A stretch of 64,000 nt of DNA from an uncultured Bdellovibrionales bacterium (GTDB lineage: Bacteria; Patescibacteriota; Minisyncoccia; Moranbacterales; UBA9337), in contig CAZSCV010000005.1 of the NCBI GenBank assembly GCA_964605525.1, positions 39,256 to 103,255 of the forward strand. Reading direction: 5' to 3'. A program made the position numbers and the translations under genes. Positions 1 through 9,005 of this stretch are shown piece by piece. Numbering within the stretch: position 1 is the first letter of the stretch; every line of letters starts with the position of its first letter. Below the pieces are notes generated by a model that worked only from the letters and a program-made list of their open reading frames with translations, did no database searches and was not told where the DNA came from.

Positions 1-261
1 GTTTTGGATTTCTTCAGAGAAATTGTAAGTGGAAAAATCTTTTTTGCTGCGCGAATCTTTGTTTTCGGCGATTTCCCAGGTTTTTTCTTTCGGTTCGGCA
101 AGATATTGAATGGAGTTGTAATGCCGAGCTTCATCTTGACCGGAGAAAATAGGGAAAACCGAAGCCAAAAAAACCTCCCTGAGAAAGAAAGAAAATAAAA
201 TCAAAAACAGGACAAATCCCGGTTTTTTCCAAAAATCTTTGTTGAATTGAGTGAATTTCAT
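1..261 (-). CDS. 5' part of a membrane protein, DUF2142/GT-C-like (runs off the window edge)
   Basis: Missing from the ORF track. Manual translation from ATG at 261 is open to base 1: MKFTQFNKDFWKKPGFVLFLILFSFFLREVFLASVFPIFSGQDEARHYNSIQYLAEP..., a TM helix followed by a P-x-F-x3-DE-x2-H motif typical of GT-C-type membrane glycosyltransferases. Confidence 0.7.
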   Translation of the reverse strand, partial: MKFTQFNKDFWKKPGFVLFLILFSFFLREVFLASVFPIFSGQDEARHYNSIQYLAEPKEKTWEIAENKDSRSKKDFSTYNFSEEIQN

Positions 262-307
262 ATTATTCAGTATACCGCTTTTTTTGATTTCGTAAAAGTG
301 ATATAAT
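197..307. repeat. Direct repeat, copy 1 (5' end and upstream region of the gene at 1-261)
   Basis: 197-269 is identical to 1704-1776 (73 bp); 286-307 is identical to 1794-1815. Confidence 0.95.
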
Positions 308-494
308 CAGAAAAAGGAAATAATTGAATATTGTGCTATATCAAACACGTTTCCGTAATTCATAAAAAATAGTGAATTAAAGAAATGAAATTTCTTAGAA
401 TCTATTGAAGTTAGTGAAATATTTGAAATGATTTGAAAATAAAAATAATTCGCTCAATGATTTTTGACAAGTGATTGATTTTTGGGATGAAAGT

Positions 495-523
495 TTGACA
501 ATCGTCTAATAATCGTCTATAAT
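495..523 (+). promoter_or_regulatory. sigma70 promoter of the Fic gene
   Basis: TTGACA(495-500)-17 bp-TATAAT(518-523), overlapped by short AATCGTCTA repeats (possible operator). Confidence 0.75.
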
Positions 524-551
524 TAGTCTATAATAACAAGAAAAAATAGCT

Positions 552-1589
552 ATGTTTACGCCTAAATATGCCATTTCTAATCGACTATTGGCTAATATAA
601 AAAGGATAACCGAAATTACCACCGATCTAAACAGTCGCAGTTTTTCTGGTGTGGTTTTGACGGAGTTGGAAAAAAAAGCTCGTGAAATATCAGTTTTTTC
701 TTCAACTAGTATTGAAGGCAATCCATTGCCACTGACTGATGTTAAAAGAATCTTAAAGACTAGGCCGGAACATATTCGAGACACAGAGAAAGAAGTTTTG
801 AATTATAACAGGGCTCTGGTGGAATTGAATGACTTGATTCGGGATGAAAAACAAGTTTTTGAGTTGTCTTTAGTTTTGAAAATTCAAAAAACCATCACAC
901 AAGAGCTGATTGAGGATTATCGATGTGGTTTTTTGAGGCAAGAACCGGTTTTCGTAAACAATCCCAAGACGCGCCAAGTTGCGTATTTACCGCCTGATCA
1001 CATCGAAGTGCCGGTCTTGATAAATGATTTATTTGAATATATCAAAAGTAGCGAAAATAAAATTGACCCTTTGATTTTAGCGGGAATTTTTCACAAACAA
1101 TTTGTTATTATTCATCCATTTATCGATGGCAATGGACGAACAGCTCGCTTGGCGACTAAAGTTCTCCTGGCTAAAATGGGGCTGAATACTTTCAATTTAT
1201 TTAGTTTTGAAAATTATTATAACAAAAATGTTAGTAAATATTTTCAAGAAGTTGGACTTCTTGGGAATTATTATGACATCAATGATCAAATAGATTTCAC
1301 TGCTTGGCTGGAATATTTTACAGACGGTATTATTGATGAACTGTTGCGAGTCAGCAAAGAGATGTCTCGAGAATCTGTTTCTCCAAAGACAGAGTTGAAA
1401 GAGTATCACAAAAAAATCATCAACTACATCGAAAAACATGGATTCATCAGTGATCGCGATTATACCAAGATGACTGACCGAGCCAAGCCAACGAGAAATC
1501 TCGATTTTAGAAAATTGATAAACCTAGGTATCATTGAAATGGAGGGGAGGGGCAGAGCGACGTATTATAAATTAAAGAAAAAGTCATAA
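552..1589 (+). CDS. Fic family protein with C-terminal winged HTH
   Basis: HPFIDGNGRTAR Fic motif; N-terminal STSIEGN autoinhibitory motif; C-terminal wHTH ending GRGRATYY. Confidence 0.92.
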   Translation: MFTPKYAISNRLLANIKRITEITTDLNSRSFSGVVLTELEKKAREISVFSSTSIEGNPLPLTDVKRILKTRPEHIRDTEKEVLNYNRALVELNDLIRDEKQVFELSLVLKIQKTITQELIEDYRCGFLRQEPVFVNNPKTRQVAYLPPDHIEVPVLINDLFEYIKSSENKIDPLILAGIFHKQFVIIHPFIDGNGRTARLATKVLLAKMGLNTFNLFSFENYYNKNVSKYFQEVGLLGNYYDINDQIDFTAWLEYFTDGIIDELLRVSKEMSRESVSPKTELKEYHKKIINYIEKHGFISDRDYTKMTDRAKPTRNLDFRKLINLGIIEMEGRGRATYYKLKKKS

Positions 1590-1600
1590 TGTTTGTATGA

Positions 1601-1693
1601 TTTCAATCGCAAAAAATGGATTTGAAGCAAGCGGCAAAAGATGTGGAAAGATTTCTTTTTTATCCCGAACAAGCGGAGTGGATTTTGAAATAA
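1601..1693 (+). pseudogene. Remnant resembling the C-terminus of an AbiEii-type nucleotidyltransferase
   Basis: Translates FQSQKMDLKQAAKDVERFLFYPEQAEWILK*; partly repeated at 4777-4842. Confidence 0.45.
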
Positions 1694-1703
1694 GAAGGAA
1701 AGC

Positions 1704-1815
1704 AAAATCAAAAACAGGACAAATCCCGGTTTTTTCCAAAAATCTTTGTTGAATTGAGTGAATTTCATATTATTCAAGTGCGCTACTTTTTTCGATTTCG
1801 TAAAAGTGATATAAT
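1704..1815. repeat. Direct repeat, copy 2 (duplicated gene start and upstream region)
   Basis: Matches 197-307; on the minus strand it encodes the same MKFTQFNKDFWKKPGFVLFLIL. Confidence 0.95.
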
Positions 1816-1882
1816 GTCTGTGGAAGGAATGATTAAAGCAATAAAAAACAATAACCCTGTGCATCGGCGGGTTTTTAGGTAT

Positions 1883-1916
1883 TTGACTTTTGGATTAGTT
1901 TTAAGTATACTTAAAA
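1883..1916 (+). promoter_or_regulatory. sigma70 promoter with a palindromic operator
   Basis: TTGACT-17 bp-TATACT; perfect palindrome TTTTAAGTATACTTAAAA (1899-1916) over the -10. Confidence 0.65.
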
Positions 1917-1946
1917 TATATCAATAAAAATTAAAAACTTTTAACT

Positions 1947-2850
1947 ATGAATAAAACATATCAAAAACGCCCATTTTATTTGAATAAAATTACCCCCTTT
2001 ATTGGGGTTGATCTTATTAAAGTGCTTATTGGACAGCGGACGTTACATTGAAATTCCAGTACACACTCTGTCGTATGGGGAGTTTTTGAAATTTCAAAAA
2101 CTGCCATCCAGCGAAGAGTCACTCCTGAAATATATTCGTTATGGTGGGTTGCCTTTTCTTTCTAATTTAAAGCTTACCGATGAAATTGTATATGGTTATT
2201 TGCAGAGTGTATACAATACAATTATTTTAAACGATGTAGTAGCAAGGTTTAGGATTAGAAATATTAACTTCCTTAATCGCCTTCTAGAGTATTTAGCAGA
2301 CAATATCGGTTCCTTAGTTTCCGCCAATCGAATTAGCGATTTTTTGAAATCGCAAAAAATAAAAACTACACCCAATATAGTTTTAGATTATTTGTCATTT
2401 CTGACTGCCAGCTTCATTATTCATGAAGTTAATCGCGCAAATATAAGAGGTAAAAAAGTTTTTGAAATCAATGAAAAATATTATTGGGAAGATTTGGGCT
2501 TACGAAATTCTAGGGCTGGATACAAATCGACGGAAATTGGTCAGATGTTGGAAAATTTAGTTTTTTCTCATTTGTTGCGACTTGGATTTGCCATTCATGT
2601 TGGACAACTGGCAAATAAGGAGATTGATTTTGTGGCGGAAAAAGAAGGAAAGAAAATATATATTCAAGTGGCATATTTGATAAATAATGATTCAGTCAAA
2701 AATAGAGAGTTTGGTAATCTTTTGGATATTAAAGATAATTATCAAAAAATTGTAGTTTCAATGGATAAAATAATAGGAAATGATTATAATGGGATTAAGC
2801 ATTGCCAGATTATTGATTTTTTACTCGATGATAATATATTGAAAATATAA
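1947..2850 (+). pseudogene. AAA_14/DUF4143 (COG1373) ATPase, internally deleted and frameshifted
   Basis: ATG1947 gives MNKTYQKRPFYLNKITPFIGVDLIKVLIGQR, which joins out of frame to SGRYIEIPVHTLSYGEF...YGGLP...EIDFVAEK...YIQVAY; Walker A tail and Walker B are missing. Confidence 0.85.
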
Positions 2851-3034
2851 ATTTATACCAGTCTTTTTCTGGCGGAATAATTACAGGAAAGCGGGGTGAG
2901 GCTTAAGAGATAAAAGATTTTAAAAAAATGATTGAGAATTTGAAATTAAAATTAATCTCCTTGTTCGAAGCTGTGCATAGACGGATTTTTAGGTATGAGA
3001 TGAGTGATGAATAAGGTCTTTTAAAAAGTATTTC

Positions 3035-3082
3035 TTGACATCCCGTTTCTGATAGTGTACTATTATTGTATACTATTAGAAA
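3035..3082 (+). promoter_or_regulatory. AbiE operon promoter with inverted-repeat operator
   Basis: TTGACA-17 bp-TACTAT; IR TTTCTGATAGTGTAC(3046-3060)/GTATACTATTAGAAA(3068-3082), consistent with AbiEi autoregulation. Confidence 0.7.
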
Positions 3083-3091
3083 TAAGTATTT

Positions 3092-3748
3092 ATGAGTAAA
3101 ATTGATAAAAATAAATCTAAAGCAATTTGGGAAGCTGTGAGAAATCTTCCTTATTTTACTATTTATGACTTGGTGTCAATGGAAAAAAACGGAGAATATT
3201 TAAAGGTATTGCTCTATAGATTTTCCAAGCAGGGGAAAATAAAGTCATTAAAAAGAGGTATTTATGTTAGTAAAAATTTCTTAGAAAATGTACATAAAAA
3301 AAATATTACTAACGAATATGCTGAATTCATAGGAAATATCATATATGAACCTAGCTATTTAAGTATGGATTACGTGCTTGAAAAATATTCGGTACTATCA
3401 GAATCAGTAAGTACTTTTACGCTAGTTAGTGAAAAAAAGACCAATAAATTTTCCAATTATTTAGGTATTTTTAAGTTTTATAGCATTAAAAAAAGTTTAT
3501 TCACCGGATTTAATATTAAGAAGAAGGGAGATTTTTTTATTGCCGAAGCCACTCTTGCAAAGGCTTTGTTTGATTTTTTATATTTCAGGAAAAATATTTT
3601 ATTTTCCGATAAGCAAGTGGACGAGTTAAGATTGAATCTGGATAATTTTACCAGAAAAGACTTTAAAGAATTAGAAAAATATATTAATTTGGAAAAATCA
3701 AAAAGAATGAAGAAAATTTTTGATTATTTAAAAATAAAATCAATATGA
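3092..3748 (+). CDS. Type IV TA antitoxin, AbiEi family
   Basis: wHTH with LKRGIY, PSYLS and EATLAKALFDFLY motifs; ATGA overlap with the toxin gene. Confidence 0.85.
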   Translation: MSKIDKNKSKAIWEAVRNLPYFTIYDLVSMEKNGEYLKVLLYRFSKQGKIKSLKRGIYVSKNFLENVHKKNITNEYAEFIGNIIYEPSYLSMDYVLEKYSVLSESVSTFTLVSEKKTNKFSNYLGIFKFYSIKKSLFTGFNIKKKGDFFIAEATLAKALFDFLYFRKNILFSDKQVDELRLNLDNFTRKDFKELEKYINLEKSKRMKKIFDYLKIKSI

Positions 3749-4575
3749 AAAAAGTAATCCTGGAGTTAAAAAATATTATTGATGAAAACTCTGACAGAAC
3801 TGATTCGTATAAACGAAATTTATTAAAAAATTATTTACAGGTATATGCTTTAAATTTTATTTATTCTGAAAAAAAATACAGTAATTTAATATTTTATGGA
3901 GGCTCAGTTCTTTCTCAGTGTTATAACTTACCGCGTCTTTCTGAGGACTTAGATTTTGTGGATCTGACTGGGCGCATTAACCTAAGCGATTTGGCGAATG
4001 ATTTAAAAAACTACCTTAAAAAAGAGTTGGGCTTGCCATTAGAAATTAAAATACAGAAATTTAGAATATATTTGAAAGTTCCAATTCTTAAGCAACTGGA
4101 GGTATCTACTGACTCAGAATCTGACTGGCTTTATTTAAAGGTGGAAATTTTTAATGGGACAGGCTTTTGCAAAAAGCATAAAACAGAAATTAGGCCACTT
4201 TTTAAATTTAATCAATCGGTGTTAATTAAAACTTTTGATTTGCCAACATTAATGGCAACAAAAATTGGGGCTATTTTACATCGAAAATGGGAAAAAATCA
4301 GCAAATCCGGAGAAGTTCTGCTGAGCGTCAAGGGAAGGGATTACTTTGATTTAATGTGGTATTTGCAAAAAGACATCTCTCCGAATTTAGATTGCATAAA
4401 GGAGGTTGAGGATGTTGCGGAGTTAAAGAACGAGCTTTTAGATATTGTGAATAAAATTGATAAACAAAGCATTATTCTCGATTTGGAAAATTTTATCGCA
4501 GATAGGGAATTTGTTAAAAATCTTGGAAAAAATATAAAAGATATATTAAAAATAGAAATTAATAAATTGCACTAA
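3745..4575 (+). CDS. Type IV TA toxin, AbiEii/AbiGii nucleotidyltransferase
   Basis: FYGGS...RLSEDLDF and KGRDYFDL motifs. Confidence 0.9.
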   Translation: MKKVILELKNIIDENSDRTDSYKRNLLKNYLQVYALNFIYSEKKYSNLIFYGGSVLSQCYNLPRLSEDLDFVDLTGRINLSDLANDLKNYLKKELGLPLEIKIQKFRIYLKVPILKQLEVSTDSESDWLYLKVEIFNGTGFCKKHKTEIRPLFKFNQSVLIKTFDLPTLMATKIGAILHRKWEKISKSGEVLLSVKGRDYFDLMWYLQKDISPNLDCIKEVEDVAELKNELLDIVNKIDKQSIILDLENFIADREFVKNLGKNIKDILKIEINKLH

Positions 4576-4776
4576 GGATTATACCAAAACAATGCGGTCG
4601 TCGAGTTTTTGGCATAATCATTAATTACAGGAAAGTGGGGTGAGGCTTGAAAAGCATTGGTTTATCGTCTAACAATCGTCTATAATCTATGAGGGAGATA
4701 AAAAAATAAAAATAACCCCGAGGTTAAAATGGGTGGTATAATGTCTGTGGAAAGAATGATCTGGATCTGGTTTCCA

Positions 4777-4842
4777 TTTTACCCCGAACAAGCGGAGTGG
4801 ATTTTGAAACTGTCGAAATATTTGAAAGGGTTTGAGATGTGA
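4777..4842 (+). pseudogene. Second remnant of the same putative AbiEii 3' end
   Basis: FYPEQAEWILKLSKYLKGFEM*; 4777-4809 matches 1658-1690 at 32/33. Confidence 0.45.
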
Positions 4843-4881
4843 AAAATAATTCATTTAAAAATTTTTTAACAAAAAATAAAA

Positions 4882-5688
4882 ATGGAGATAAAGATTGAAG
4901 AAATCAAAGAAATCGCCAAAAAATCCGGGGAAAAAGTTTTGGAATATTATTACAAAGATTATAATATTTCATACAAAGATAACGGTGGCAAAAAATCACC
5001 TTTGACTGAGGCGGATTTGGCGTCGGATAAAATAATCATGGAAGGACTTGAAAAATACAATTTTCCGATTTTGAGCGAAGAAACGGAAGATGATTTATCA
5101 AGGATTCAAAGTGAATATGTTTGGATTGTTGATCCGTTGGACGGTACGAGTGATTTTATGGAAAAGACCGGTGAATTTTCGATTCTTATCGGGTTAGTGA
5201 AAAATGGTGATCCGGTTTTGGGTATGGTTTTCGAACCGGTAAAAAATACTTTTTATTGGGCGGAAAAAGGGAAGGGCGCTTTTATGGAAAAAAATGGAAA
5301 AATCAAAAAAATAAATGTTTCCAATAAGGATAATTTTCAAGATATGACTATTTTGCTCTCGCGAAATCATCTTTTGGAAAGCGATAAAAAACTTTGTGAA
5401 AATTTGAAAATAGGAAAACAAACAAAAAGAGGGTCGACTTCCAAAATGTGCGTGATTGCGCGTGGGGATGCGGAAATCTATGTAAATACCAGTGATAAAA
5501 CGGGGGAGTGGGATACTTGCGCGCCACAAGTAGTCTTGACGGAAGCGGGAGGTAAGATTGTGGATATGCGGGGAAAAGAACTAATGTATAACAAAAAAAA
5601 CCCGAAGAATCTTAATGGATTCGTGGTGTCAAATGGTAAAAATTATGCTAGAATAGTTGAGGAATTGAAAGGGGTAATAAAAAGTTAA
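4882..5688 (+). CDS. cysQ: 3'(2'),5'-bisphosphate nucleotidase CysQ
   Basis: SPLTEAD, ILSEE, WIVDPLDGT and EWDTCA inositol-monophosphatase/CysQ motifs; adjacent to cysC. Confidence 0.88.
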   Translation: MEIKIEEIKEIAKKSGEKVLEYYYKDYNISYKDNGGKKSPLTEADLASDKIIMEGLEKYNFPILSEETEDDLSRIQSEYVWIVDPLDGTSDFMEKTGEFSILIGLVKNGDPVLGMVFEPVKNTFYWAEKGKGAFMEKNGKIKKINVSNKDNFQDMTILLSRNHLLESDKKLCENLKIGKQTKRGSTSKMCVIARGDAEIYVNTSDKTGEWDTCAPQVVLTEAGGKIVDMRGKELMYNKKNPKNLNGFVVSNGKNYARIVEELKGVIKS

Positions 5689-5702
5689 ATTCAATAAGAA
5701 TA

Positions 5703-6227
5703 ATGAAAAAAGGAATAGTGATTTGGCTTACGGGCTTGCCGTGCAGTGGGAAAACAACATTATCCAAGGAAATCGAAAAATATTTTCAGCAAAAGAATTT
5801 GCCCATTCAGAGATTGGATGGCGATGTGGTGCGTGAAACTATCAGCAAGGATTTGGGATTTTCGAAAAATGATCGAGATGTTAATATCGAGAGAATTTCG
5901 TATGTGGCGCAGATGCTTTCGGATAATGGTGTAAATGTTGTTTCCGCTTTTGTTGCTCCATATCAGAAAATGAGAAATTTTACACGTAGTCTTTGTGAAA
6001 ATTTCGTAGAAGTTTATGTTAAATGCGATATTGAAGAATGCAAGAGAAGAGATGTAAAAGGAATGTATGCCAAAGCCGCCAAGGGACAAATTAAAGATTT
6101 CACAGGAGTCGACGATCCTTATGAAACTCCAAATAATCCAGAGGTTGCTGTAAATACGGAATACGAAGAAATAAAAGAAAGTACAGAAAAAATTATTCGT
6201 TGTGTTTTAAATAAGCATACTTTATGA
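5703..6227 (+). CDS. cysC: Adenylyl-sulfate (APS) kinase
   Basis: WLTGLPCSGKTT, LDGD, RDVKGMY, FTGVDDPYE. Confidence 0.95.
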   Translation: MKKGIVIWLTGLPCSGKTTLSKEIEKYFQQKNLPIQRLDGDVVRETISKDLGFSKNDRDVNIERISYVAQMLSDNGVNVVSAFVAPYQKMRNFTRSLCENFVEVYVKCDIEECKRRDVKGMYAKAAKGQIKDFTGVDDPYETPNNPEVAVNTEYEEIKESTEKIIRCVLNKHTL

Positions 6228-7039
6228 TAAAAATATTTTTTCTAAAAAAATATTATTTTATTGTTTATCATCTTACAAGAATGTTTTTTTTGGAAAATAT
6301 GGTGATAAATAAAGAAAACAAGCACAAAAGAATATATCATTATCATATTAGAAAAACCGGAGGAACAAGCTTGAATAAGATGTTTTTTTTATTAAATAAC
6401 ACAAAAGATGATTCAATGAATATATATAGTGAGATTTGCAATTCCATGAATCACAGAGCGGTTGATAGCATGAGTAGAATTTATGTTGGATATAATCCTT
6501 ATTTTATTGAAAATGAAGATTATTTTTATGGATTTTCTCATATTCCAATGCATAAAATAAAAATTCCTACAGAAATATTTACCTTTACAATAATAAGGGA
6601 TCCTGTCGAAAGAATATTGTCCCATTATAAAATGTTATTAGACTATGAAGCAAATAAAAATAAACATCCTTCGTTTAATACTGAAAAAAAATGGATAGGG
6701 GATAGCTTCGGTGATTTTATTAGTAGAGTGCCGTCTAGACATTTAATGAGGCAGTTGTATATGTTTTCCAATAGCTTTAATGTGGAAGAAGCAGTAGAGA
6801 ATATTTCAAAATGTTCCCATGTGATATTTTTTGAGGATTTTAATAAAGGAGTGAAATCGTTATTTGATAAACTAGAATTGGATATGCCGGAAATTATTCA
6901 TGAAAAGAAAAGTGCTGTATGTTTTGAGCCAAAATACGATGAATTGTTGATGTTAAGAAAACTGATAGAAAAAGAATTGGTTTTCTACGAAAGGGTAAAA
7001 TATATTTATAGGCATAGTGATTTATTGAATAATTTATGA
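6224..7039 (+). CDS. Sulfotransferase family protein
   Basis: HIRKTGGTS 5'-PSB loop and RDPVERILSHY 3'-PB motif. Confidence 0.85.
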   Translation: MIKIFFLKKYYFIVYHLTRMFFLENMVINKENKHKRIYHYHIRKTGGTSLNKMFFLLNNTKDDSMNIYSEICNSMNHRAVDSMSRIYVGYNPYFIENEDYFYGFSHIPMHKIKIPTEIFTFTIIRDPVERILSHYKMLLDYEANKNKHPSFNTEKKWIGDSFGDFISRVPSRHLMRQLYMFSNSFNVEEAVENISKCSHVIFFEDFNKGVKSLFDKLELDMPEIIHEKKSAVCFEPKYDELLMLRKLIEKELVFYERVKYIYRHSDLLNNL

Positions 7040-7049
7040 ATACAAAAAA

Positions 7050-7679
7050 ATGATATTAAAAATTTTATTGCGAGAGATAAGATATGTATTTTCAGTAACG
7101 AAGAGGTTTTTTATAAGTCCAAAATTTCCAAAAAATAAAGACGGAAAGATCTTGATTCATATTGGATGCGGAGATATAAAAGACTCTTGTTTCGTGAATA
7201 TTGATGCGCGACCCATGGAGCATATTCATTATGTAACAAAAAATGTTGATAATTTAAGCTTCCTTCCATCTAAAAGTGTTGATTTATTGTATATGTGTCA
7301 TGTTATGGAGCATTTTGATAGAGCAAAATCTGTCATGGTTACAAAAGAATGCTTTAGGGTTCTCAAACATGGCGGAATATTGAGAATTTCCGTTCCAGAC
7401 TTCGATCGAATAGTTGATATTTATCTTGATAACAATAGAAACATGAAGGCTATTATAGCCCCGTTATTTGGAGGACAAGATTATGAGTTTAATTACCATT
7501 ACAATATGTTCAACAGAGAAAGTCTTGGTGAATTATTTAAACAATGCGGTTTTCGTATTACAAGAGAATGGAAGCCTGATGATGTGCAGTATCATAAATT
7601 TGATGATTGGTCGCGAAGAAAATTTAGCGTCGATGATAAAAAGTATATCATAAGTCTGAATTTGGAGGCTGTTAAATAA
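7050..7679 (+). CDS. Class I SAM-dependent methyltransferase
   Basis: IHIGCG, HVMEH, RVLKHGGILRISVPD. Confidence 0.85.
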   Translation: MILKILLREIRYVFSVTKRFFISPKFPKNKDGKILIHIGCGDIKDSCFVNIDARPMEHIHYVTKNVDNLSFLPSKSVDLLYMCHVMEHFDRAKSVMVTKECFRVLKHGGILRISVPDFDRIVDIYLDNNRNMKAIIAPLFGGQDYEFNYHYNMFNRESLGELFKQCGFRITREWKPDDVQYHKFDDWSRRKFSVDDKKYIISLNLEAVK

Positions 7680-7697
7680 TCCATTTTATTTTTTTAA

Positions 7698-9005
7698 ATG
7701 AATTTATATAGAAGATTGTTAATTTTTTTAGAAAATATTCATGTGCTCATTTTTAAGCGCTCATCAGGAAGAAAGATGCGAGAATTTGCTATAAATCTTT
7801 CTTGGTCATTGGGTGGATTTTTTTTTAGTTCCTTTATATTATTTTTTCTTAATGTTTCAGCTGGTAGAATTTTAGGACCCGTCGGATATGGAAAATATAA
7901 TCTGATATTGGTTTTGGCAAATATTGTTTCTGTGGTTATCCTCCTTGGATTGAATACGACAACTACAAAATTTTTAGCAGAAAGTAAAAATGAATTGGAA
8001 AAGAAAAGAATTCTTTCAAATTCAATCATTATTATATCTATTACTAGTTTGATTTCTTTATGCTTATTTCTGCTGATGTTGTTTTTGGATTTATTTAATG
8101 GATTAAATTTAAATCCGAATCTGTTTTTTACAGCTATAATCTTTGCGATTTTGTTAAGCTATAAATCTTTATTTGACGGAATAGCCAAAGGATTAAATTT
8201 ATTTGAATATCAAACGAAAATTAGAATTGCGGAGAGTTTGATTGTAGTTATAATTTTTTTACTATTTTTTTCCCAACTAAAAATTGGCAATTTTTTCTAT
8301 TATGCCATATCCCTAATTGGAGGAATGGTGTTTTTTTGCCTATTTTTTTATTTTAAAATTAAAAGTTATGTAATAGGGTGGAGCATGCAACATTTTAAGA
8401 GGATATTTAAATATACAAGAGACACAATTGTTATTACTATTATTCTTATGATTGTAAATTATTTAGATAGGATTTTTGTAGGAAGATTTATTGGATTAAC
8501 AGATCTAGGAATATATAGTGCCTATCTAACTTCGTCATCAGTTTTCGTAGGTCAAATAATGATAGTTTTAAATAATGTTTTTTTTCCGGCAGTAATTTTA
8601 TTAGAAGATAAAGATGCAGTAAAAAAACAAGTAGATAAATTATTTATATTTTTTTCAATTCCAGTATTTTTTTTATTTTCCATTGTTTCATACGGAGCAT
8701 TGTATCTTTTTGGAAATAATTTTGAGAAGAATATTCTTATTATTTTTGCCTTTTCTTTTGCTTCCGTTCTTCAATTGTTTGGAAGCTTATATAAAAGTTT
8801 AGTATCTTCACATGAATCAAAATATGGAAAATATAGGAAACTTTCTTTTACTCTGCCGATTTTTTTTATAGTCTTTTATGGGATATTGGTTGTTTTTGAT
8901 TTAAAAAATTTAAATTACGCGACATTTGCCTATGTGGCGTTTGTAAGTTATAATTTTACTATTATTCGATTAAGTTGTAATTATGAAAAGAAAAAAAACA
9001 TTTAA
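7698..9005 (+). CDS. Polysaccharide flippase (Wzx-like)
   Basis: About 12 TM helices; RILGPVGYGKY; DRIFVGRFIGLTDLGIYS. Confidence 0.85.
   Translation: MNLYRRLLIFLENIHVLIFKRSSGRKMREFAINLSWSLGGFFFSSFILFFLNVSAGRILGPVGYGKYNLILVLANIVSVVILLGLNTTTTKFLAESKNELEKKRILSNSIIIISITSLISLCLFLLMLFLDLFNGLNLNPNLFFTAIIFAILLSYKSLFDGIAKGLNLFEYQTKIRIAESLIVVIIFLLFFSQLKIGNFFYYAISLIGGMVFFCLFFYFKIKSYVIGWSMQHFKRIFKYTRDTIVITIILMIVNYLDRIFVGRFIGLTDLGIYSAYLTSSSVFVGQIMIVLNNVFFPAVILLEDKDAVKKQVDKLFIFFSIPVFFLFSIVSYGALYLFGNNFEKNILIIFAFSFASVLQLFGSLYKSLVSSHESKYGKYRKLSFTLPIFFIVFYGILVVFDLKNLNYATFAYVAFVSYNFTIIRLSCNYEKKKNI

Noticed and set aside
4-198. 64-aa plus-strand ORF in the track
   Set aside because: It is the antisense shadow of the more plausible minus-strand membrane-protein gene starting at 261.
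495-523. TTTGACAAT upstream of Fic as a boxA-like motif
   Set aside because: It has TATAAT exactly 17 bp downstream, so it is an ordinary -35 element; the gene also has no SD.
1565-1864. 99-aa minus-strand ORF
   Set aside because: Chimera of the duplicated gene start and antisense remnant sequence; not a credible gene.
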